From a virus (Duplodnaviria > Heunggongvirae > Uroviricota > Caudoviricetes), in IMG/VR virus record IMGVR_UViG_2703718818_000014, positions 1-11,010 of that record: 11,010 bases of DNA; one strand, 5' to 3'. The notes under the pieces were generated by a model. It saw nothing but the letters and a program-made list of their open reading frames with translations. It was not told where the DNA came from and did no database searches. Positions within the stretch are counted from its first letter, which is position 1, and each line of letters opens with the position of its first letter. Of this stretch, positions 6,870 to 11,010 are shown one piece after another. Both the position numbers and the translations under genes were made by a program.

Positions 6870-7100
6870 GGCTGTCTACCCTGTCTACCTGAGTAAAGAA
6901 AAATACATTTAATTCAGTACATTAACTTGGGTAGACAGCCTTTTTTTACTGTCTACCTACTATCTACCCTCTCTACCTGATTTTACCTGAATCAGACAGG
7001 GAGGTAGATACGGGGTAGATAGTGGATAAAAGCACTCTACCCCACTGAAAGCCGCGCCATTACTGGCATGGTGGCCAGTAAGGTAGATAAGGTAGACAAG
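6870..7100. repeat. Iteron array / candidate origin of replication
   Basis: At least 11 copies of the core TCTACC / GGTAGA (mostly as octamers TGTCTACC or GGTAGACA / GGTAGATA) in both orientations: 6873-6880, 6882-6889, 6930-6937, 6950-6957, 6961-6968, 6971-6977, 7003-7010, 7014-7021, 7035-7041, 7082-7089, 7091-7098. Perfect 12-bp inverted repeat GGCTGTCTACCC (6870-6881) / GGGTAGACAGCC (6929-6940) flanks an AT-rich spacer; further inverted repeat TTACTGGC / GCCAGTAA at 7060-7081. Confidence 0.7.
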
Positions 7101-7146
7101 GGGAGGCACAACTCAAAACTTTTTAAACGAGGGGGTAAAAATAAAA

Positions 7147-7404
7147 ATGCGCACATCAGGAAAACTTAATAATCAGAAGAAGCAGCATAACCGCGCCATT
7201 GACCTTACAGAGCACTGGCTGAGAGTGGCGATAAAAATCATCGACCGCAACACGGGGGAAGGATACGCGAAAGCACATCCCGAACTGATAAGCGCATTCA
7301 TGACCACGACGGCGGCAAACTTTGCCACGCTGACAGAACGGGAGATTGCCGAAGCGGAACAGGTAACAACCATCAACGTTAAAACCGGAGAGGTGGAATC
7401 ATGA
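7147..7404 (+). CDS. Hypothetical protein (85 aa), translationally coupled to ssb
   Basis: ATG 7147 with GAGGGGG upstream; its stop overlaps the SSB start (ATGA). Confidence 0.5.
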   Translation: MRTSGKLNNQKKQHNRAIDLTEHWLRVAIKIIDRNTGEGYAKAHPELISAFMTTTAANFATLTEREIAEAEQVTTINVKTGEVES

Positions 7405-7811
7405 CAGCACAGATAGCAGCTTACGGGCGGCTGGTGGACGACCCGCAGGTAAAACAGACCAGCAAGGGCACACCAATGACGCTGGCACGTATGGCGGTAT
7501 CGTTGCCATGTAGTCAGGCGCAGGATGGGCAGGCTACGTTATGGCTATCGGTGATGGCATTTGGTAAGCAGGCCGACTTCCTGGCTAAACATCAAAAAGG
7601 CGACGTTGCCAGCGTATCCGGCACGATGCAGGTCAGCCAGTGGACCGGACAGAACGGGGAAATGCGGCAGGGTTATCAGGTTATTGCAGACAGCGTAATC
7701 AGTGCCCGTGCGGCACGTCCTGGCGGGAACAGACGCAAAACCACAGGCACACAGGGTAATCAGCCACCAGCGGGAGACGATGACCCCTACGGTGATGATA
7801 TTCCGTTCTGA
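7401..7811 (+). CDS. ssb: Single-stranded DNA-binding protein (SSB) homologue, 136 aa
   Basis: Strong Shine-Dalgarno GGAGAGGTGGA; OB-fold-like pattern (GRLVDDPQV ... FGKQADFLAKHQKGDVASVSGTMQVSQWTGQNGEMRQGYQVIADSV); C-terminus DDDPYGDDIPF matches the SSB acidic tail (DDDIPF). Confidence 0.8.
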   Translation: MTAQIAAYGRLVDDPQVKQTSKGTPMTLARMAVSLPCSQAQDGQATLWLSVMAFGKQADFLAKHQKGDVASVSGTMQVSQWTGQNGEMRQGYQVIADSVISARAARPGGNRRKTTGTQGNQPPAGDDDPYGDDIPF

Positions 7812-7819
7812 ACGCACAG

Positions 7820-7841
7820 GCCGGAGAAAATCCGGCTTTTT
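7820..7841 (+). terminator. Rho-independent terminator after ssb
   Basis: GCCGGA gaaaa TCCGGC followed by TTTTT; almost identical to the hairpin at 9731-9753. Confidence 0.75.
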
Positions 7842-7845
7842 GTAT

Positions 7846-7893
7846 CCAAAAAAAGCCCGATAAGTACAGGAGGAAGCTTATCGGGCTTTTGCT
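7846..7893. terminator. Bidirectional terminator-like hairpin
   Basis: 11-bp perfect stem AGCCCGATAAG / CTTATCGGGCT (7853-7863 / 7877-7887) flanked by an A7 run upstream and TTTTGCTT downstream. Confidence 0.65.
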
Positions 7894-7964
7894 TACGAGG
7901 TTAACAGCATGGTGACTACTGTTGCTGTAAATTATTTCATAATTTGCAACGCAACTCAATTTCA

Positions 7965-8025
7965 TTGCACAAAATGCAATCATGATTATAATCACAACTG
8001 GATGAACATCCAGTTATGGTTTTTT
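7965..8025 (+). promoter_or_regulatory. Candidate promoter and leader hairpin of the capsid operon
   Basis: -35 TTGCAC (7965-7970), 16-bp spacer, perfect -10 TATAAT (7987-7992); directly downstream an 8-bp stem AACTGGAT / ATCCAGTT (7996-8015) followed by a T6 run (8020-8025). Confidence 0.3.
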
Positions 8026-8048
8026 AAGTCAAAGAGGAATTTCTGACT

Positions 8049-8255
8049 ATGGCTGAAGAGAAAAAAGGCGGTGTTTCGGTGTACATAAGCCCCGAAATCG
8101 TGGAGGTGCTCAAGCAGCGCCACAAAAAAAACTATGAGGCTGGCGTAGCGGCTGGACTGGATCCGCTGATGACGCCGGAGCCGTCGATAGGTTCACTTGT
8201 GCGCTCTTATTTACTTGCGGCGCTTGGGATGCATAAAAATTATGGGGGTGAATAA
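8049..8255 (+). CDS. Hypothetical protein (68 aa), first gene of the capsid operon
   Basis: ATG 8049 with AGAGGA upstream; its stop overlaps the capsid gene start (TAATG). No family recognised. Confidence 0.5.
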   Translation: MAEEKKGGVSVYISPEIVEVLKQRHKKNYEAGVAAGLDPLMTPEPSIGSLVRSYLLAALGMHKNYGGE

Positions 8256-9310
8256 TGACAGGCAAAGCAACGGCACTTAACACTAACCAGCTTTTCATGT
8301 ACCTGAATCGCGGGGATATTGCGGATTTTAAATTCAGCCCTCTGTTTACTACGCTGTTTTTCCCGAACGTGGCGACATTCAGCACGCAAAACATCATGCT
8401 GGACACCCTGGACATTGAAGAGGTTACGATGTCGGCGTTTTGTTCGCCTATGGTGGGTAGTCAGGTCCAGCGCGATAAAGGGTACGAAACCAGCACGATT
8501 AAACCTGGATACATGAAGCCGAAGCACGAAATCGATCCAACGAAAACCATCATGCGCATGGCCGGAGAAGATCCGGCACAGCTTAACGACCCTACCTATC
8601 GCCGTATGCGCCTGATTACTGGCAATATGCGCCGCCAGGTAAACGCCATAAAAGCGCGCGTGGAATGGCTGGCGGTAAATGCGGTAACGACCGGAAAAAA
8701 CATCATTGAGGGCGAAGGCATAGAACGCTATGAAATCGACTGGAAGATACCGGAAAAAAACATCATAGAGCAGGCCGACGGTAAAAAATGGTCTGAGCAG
8801 GATAAAGACATACACGACCCAATATATGACATTGAACTATACGCAGATCAGGCAGGTTGCCCCGCCAACGTCATGATTATGGGCGTTGATGTATGGCGCA
8901 TGTTACGCAGCTTTAAAAAATTCCGTGAACTGTACGATCTCTCCCGTGGTTCAGAATCCGCCGCAGAGCTGGCATGTAAAAACCTGGGCGAAGTGGTGAG
9001 CTTTAAAGGCTATCTTGGTGATCTGGCCCTTATCGTCTATTCCGGCAAATACACTGACAGCGACGGCACAGAAAAATATTTCCTTGAGCCTGATTTGCTG
9101 GTCCTGGGCAACACCAACAATAAAGGGCTGGTGGCCTATGGTGCGATTATGGAACAGGAAGCGGTAAGAACGGGCGCAACGCAAAACATGTTTTACCCGA
9201 AAAACTGGATTGAAGACGGCGATCCGGCGATTGAGTACGTGCAGACACACAGCGCACCGCAGCCTGTTCCGGCAGATATTCGAAAATTTGTTACCGTCAA
9301 AATTGGTTAA
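8255..9310 (+). CDS. Major capsid protein, phage lambda gpE family (351 aa)
   Basis: Collinear with lambda gpE as I remember it: FKFSPLFTTLFF vs FKFDPLFLRLFF; PGYMKPKHEIDPTKTIMR vs PGYVKPKHEVNPQMTLRR; DPTYRRMRLITGNMR vs DPAYRRRRIIMQNMR; C-terminal YPKNWIEDGDPAIEY vs YPKNWVTTGDPAREF. Length close to gpE (341 aa). Confidence 0.9.
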   Translation: MTGKATALNTNQLFMYLNRGDIADFKFSPLFTTLFFPNVATFSTQNIMLDTLDIEEVTMSAFCSPMVGSQVQRDKGYETSTIKPGYMKPKHEIDPTKTIMRMAGEDPAQLNDPTYRRMRLITGNMRRQVNAIKARVEWLAVNAVTTGKNIIEGEGIERYEIDWKIPEKNIIEQADGKKWSEQDKDIHDPIYDIELYADQAGCPANVMIMGVDVWRMLRSFKKFRELYDLSRGSESAAELACKNLGEVVSFKGYLGDLALIVYSGKYTDSDGTEKYFLEPDLLVLGNTNNKGLVAYGAIMEQEAVRTGATQNMFYPKNWIEDGDPAIEYVQTHSAPQPVPADIRKFVTVKIG

Positions 9311-9321
9311 CGGTGGATTCT

Positions 9322-9657
9322 ATGAACACTCCATACATTGAGTTATTTGCAGGCAGTCAGCAGGTATCAACGACACTGGTACATTTTGCCGCTGATGCTG
9401 GCGTTATTCAGGAATTTACCCCGCTGATGCTGGCGGACAATGGCGAGTTTAAGCCGTGGGATGGTCAGGAATCTGGCAAGGCTGTTTATCTGACCTCGTA
9501 CCCCGTTGACACGTCGACGCAGAAATCAGCACAGTGCTATAAGACGGGGATATTTAATATCGCCGCCGTTAACTGGCCTGAGAGCGTCGACACCGATGCG
9601 AAAAAATGCGCCGCCTTTGCGGGTTCTGGCGTATCCGTTCAGCCGCTGGCGCGATAA
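9322..9657 (+). CDS. Head decoration protein, phage lambda gpD family (about 111 aa; alternative GTG start at 9313)
   Basis: TPLMLADNGEFKPWDG vs lambda gpD TPLMLDTSSRKLVAWDG; YKTGIFNIAAVNWPESVDTDAKKCAAFAGSGVSV vs [35 protein letters not shown]. Sits immediately after the capsid gene. Confidence 0.85.
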   Translation: MNTPYIELFAGSQQVSTTLVHFAADAGVIQEFTPLMLADNGEFKPWDGQESGKAVYLTSYPVDTSTQKSAQCYKTGIFNIAAVNWPESVDTDAKKCAAFAGSGVSVQPLAR

Positions 9658-9730
9658 GCAGGGGGAACGATGGCAGAAAGCCGGGCGATGACGGCGACAT
9701 CGATCGCATACTGAAAACCATCTGAGACAG

Positions 9731-9753
9731 GCCGGAGAAATCCGGCTTTTTTT
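9731..9753 (+). terminator. Rho-independent terminator after the decoration gene
   Basis: GCCGGA gaaa TCCGGC followed by T7; same hairpin as 7820-7841. Confidence 0.75.
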
Positions 9754-9930
9754 ACGGGTCCTTTCCGGCATATGGACCCGTTACGGGGCGGCGACCTCGC
9801 GGTTTTTCGCTATTTATGAGCCTTTTCAGGGGGGTGGTGGTGGTTTTGTTGTTTGCTCTATCTTTATGAATGAAAAGGGAAAGATGCAAACAATACACCA
9901 ACCTGAAGCAGTAATTAAGTTGGTGTATTA
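9754..9930 (+). other. cos site 1: lambda-type cosQ-like/cosN region with a non-lambda cosB
   Basis: CCGTTACG-GGGCGGCGACCT-CGCGGTTTTTCGCTATTTATGA, with the 12-nt cohesive-end sequence at 9786-9797 matching lambda cosN and its right flank. Downstream there are no lambda R-sites; instead G6(TGG)3 at 9826-9840, inverted repeat TTGTTTGC / GCAAACAA, and 11-bp inverted repeat AATACACCAAC (9892-9902) / GTTGGTGTATT (9919-9929) abutting the terS start. Confidence 0.75.
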
Positions 9931-10473
9931 ATGAAATCGCACCTGATGAACAAAAAAAACATGGCGAAAAGCTGCCGTGTAAGTGCGACAGCGTTCGACA
10001 AGTGGGGAGTGACTCCCGTTGAACGTAAAGGCCGTGAGGCGTTTTATGATGTTGCCAGCGTGATAGACAATAGGGTTAACAATGCAATTAGCCAGCTTAC
10101 AAACGACAAAGGCGATATTGATGATGCTGAACTCTTACGAGTCAGGATCAGATTACTGACAGCACAGGCGGAGGCGCAGGAACTTAAAAACGAGCGCGAT
10201 CGCGGTGACGTGATTGATACTGAGTTTTGCCTGTACGCGCTTTCAAAGCTGGCGAGTCAGATTTCATCAATCATGGACAGCCTCCCGCTTAATATGCAAA
10301 GGAGCTTCCCACAGATTCCCCCCGCCATGCTGGACAGGCTTAAAAGGGAAGTGGTTAAAGCCTGTAATGGCAGTGCCAGAGTTGCCGACAACCTCCCACA
10401 GATACTGGCTGATTACTTGAAAGAAACAACCGGAAACGTACCGGAAAAGTTGCTACAGAAGAAAGGCGAGTAA
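9931..10473 (+). CDS. Terminase small subunit, lambda gpNu1 family (180 aa; homologous start may be ATG 9946)
   Basis: C-terminal two-thirds collinear with lambda Nu1: LTAQAEAQELKNERDRGDVIDTEFCLYALSKLASQISSIMDSLPLNMQRSFP vs LTRAQADAQELKNARDSAEVVETAFCTFVLSRIAGEIASILDGLPLSVQRRFP. The N-terminal DNA-binding region is recognisably related but far more divergent. No obvious Shine-Dalgarno at either start. Confidence 0.88.
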   Translation: MKSHLMNKKNMAKSCRVSATAFDKWGVTPVERKGREAFYDVASVIDNRVNNAISQLTNDKGDIDDAELLRVRIRLLTAQAEAQELKNERDRGDVIDTEFCLYALSKLASQISSIMDSLPLNMQRSFPQIPPAMLDRLKREVVKACNGSARVADNLPQILADYLKETTGNVPEKLLQKKGE

Positions 10474-10479
10474 CCGCAG

Positions 10480-10697
10480 CGCAATTATTGAACAAAACTG
10501 AGAAACGACATGAAAGCGTCATAAATCGCCATTTCAGATGATTACCGTGTCGTTTCTTTTTATTGTGTATCTATTTAAAAACAAATAGTTATGTTCGAGA
10601 AGTACCGACATGATTTTTCCAGAAAAATTTTCATAAACAGATAAAAACCGCGAGGTCGCCGCCCCGTAACGGGCCATAATTCCAGGAAGGACCCGAC
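10480..10697 (-). other. cos site 2 (inverted): lambda-type cosQ-like/cosN with lambda-like cosB (R3-, R2-, R1-like elements)
   Basis: Reverse complement of 10653-10664 is GGGCGGCGACCT. The minus strand reads CCCGTTACG-cosN-CGCGGTTTTT...TTTATGAAAATTTTT...TCGGTACTTCTCGAACATAACT...AAAAAGAAACGACACGG...CTGAAATGGCGA...CATGTCGTTTCTCAGTTTTGTTCAATAATTG, collinear with the lambda left end through R3, R2 and R1 up to where the Nu1 ATG would be. There it meets the 3' end of the plus-strand terS. Confidence 0.75.
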
Positions 10698-10728
10698 GAC
10701 ACCAGACTATCAGAACGATGGGGGCACA

Positions 10729-11010
10729 ATGACAGAAGCCGAACTACTGCGATTAATCCGTCGCGTTGCCGGAATCAGCCAGCAGGCTGACGAACAGGCC
10801 ACGCAGCCGGACAGCGTGACCGCCGAAAATTATGCGCGTGTGGTTGCTGAGGTGATGCGCCGTGACGGTATTGAGCTTAACGGCGTGGATATGCGCGACA
10901 TACGGATCCGCGTTCTGGAAATGCTGGCCTACAATCGCCGCGTTGAACTGTATCGGGAGAAAGAAAAAATTACGTACCACTGGAAGAAGCCGGAGCGGTT
11001 ACGGCGATAA
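10729..11010 (+). CDS. Hypothetical protein (93 aa)
   Basis: ATG 10729 with GGGGG upstream; stop is the last codon of the window. Arg-rich C-terminus; no family recognised. Confidence 0.5.
   Translation: MTEAELLRLIRRVAGISQQADEQATQPDSVTAENYARVVAEVMRRDGIELNGVDMRDIRIRVLEMLAYNRRVELYREKEKITYHWKKPERLRR

Larger units (their letters stand above)
1..11010 (+). mobile_element. Phage satellite / phage-inducible chromosomal island-like integrative element (partial; att site and right end outside window)
   Basis: Gene content and order: P4-type integrase, AlpA, small regulatory ORFs, primase/helicase, iteron origin, SSB, lambda-like capsid and decoration genes, cos, Nu1-like terS. The order is not that of a lambdoid prophage (lambda is cos-Nu1-A-W-B-C-Nu3-D-E). 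Confidence 0.7.

Noticed and set aside
8240-8815. 191-aa minus-strand ORF antisense to the capsid gene
   Set aside because: Lies inside the strongly supported gpE-like gene; no family signal; shadow ORF.
9670-9714. 14-codon mini-ORF (MAESRAMTATSIAY) between the decoration gene and its terminator
   Set aside because: It has a Shine-Dalgarno-like GGGGGA, but is too short and unsupported to call; more likely untranslated 3' sequence.
1-11010. Interpretation as a fragment of an ordinary lambdoid prophage
   Set aside because: Gene order is incompatible with lambda, and the integrase, AlpA, primase/helicase, iteron and SSB set is a satellite-type chassis.

Overview
The window reads as one compact integrative mobile element from an enterobacterial genome: a phage-satellite / PICI-like chassis that also carries lambda-type head and packaging parts. 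All comparisons to lambda, P4 and P1 below are from memory of those sequences and families; none is a computed alignment. Left to right: (1) a P4/CP4-57-type tyrosine integrase (1..1242) and an AlpA-family regulator (1739..1945); (2) a regulatory region (about 2096-4123) made of two duplicated divergent modules (small ribbon-helix-helix gene on the minus strand, conserved stem-loop, small plus-strand ORF) followed by tandem paralogous small ORFs separated by leaders conserved at the nucleotide level; (3) an operon of four overlapping small ORFs translationally coupled to a 584-aa P-loop primase/helicase-type replication protein (5104..6858); (4) an iteron-rich origin-like region (6870..7100); (5) a small ORF coupled to an SSB homologue ending in the DDIPF tail (7401..7811), then tandem terminators; (6) a late-type operon encoding a lambda gpE-like major capsid protein (8255..9310) and a gpD-like decoration protein (9322..9657); (7) a lambda-type cos site next to a Nu1-like small terminase gene (9931..10473); (8) a second, inverted cos copy carrying lambda-like cosB repeats, converging on the 3' end of that gene. 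The most interesting signal is the packaging region: two inverted cosN sites with different cosB regions flanking a hybrid TerS, in an element that also supplies its own capsid and decoration proteins. No portal, protease, scaffold or large terminase gene lies inside the window, and the attachment site is outside it. No tRNA, rRNA or CRISPR array was found.
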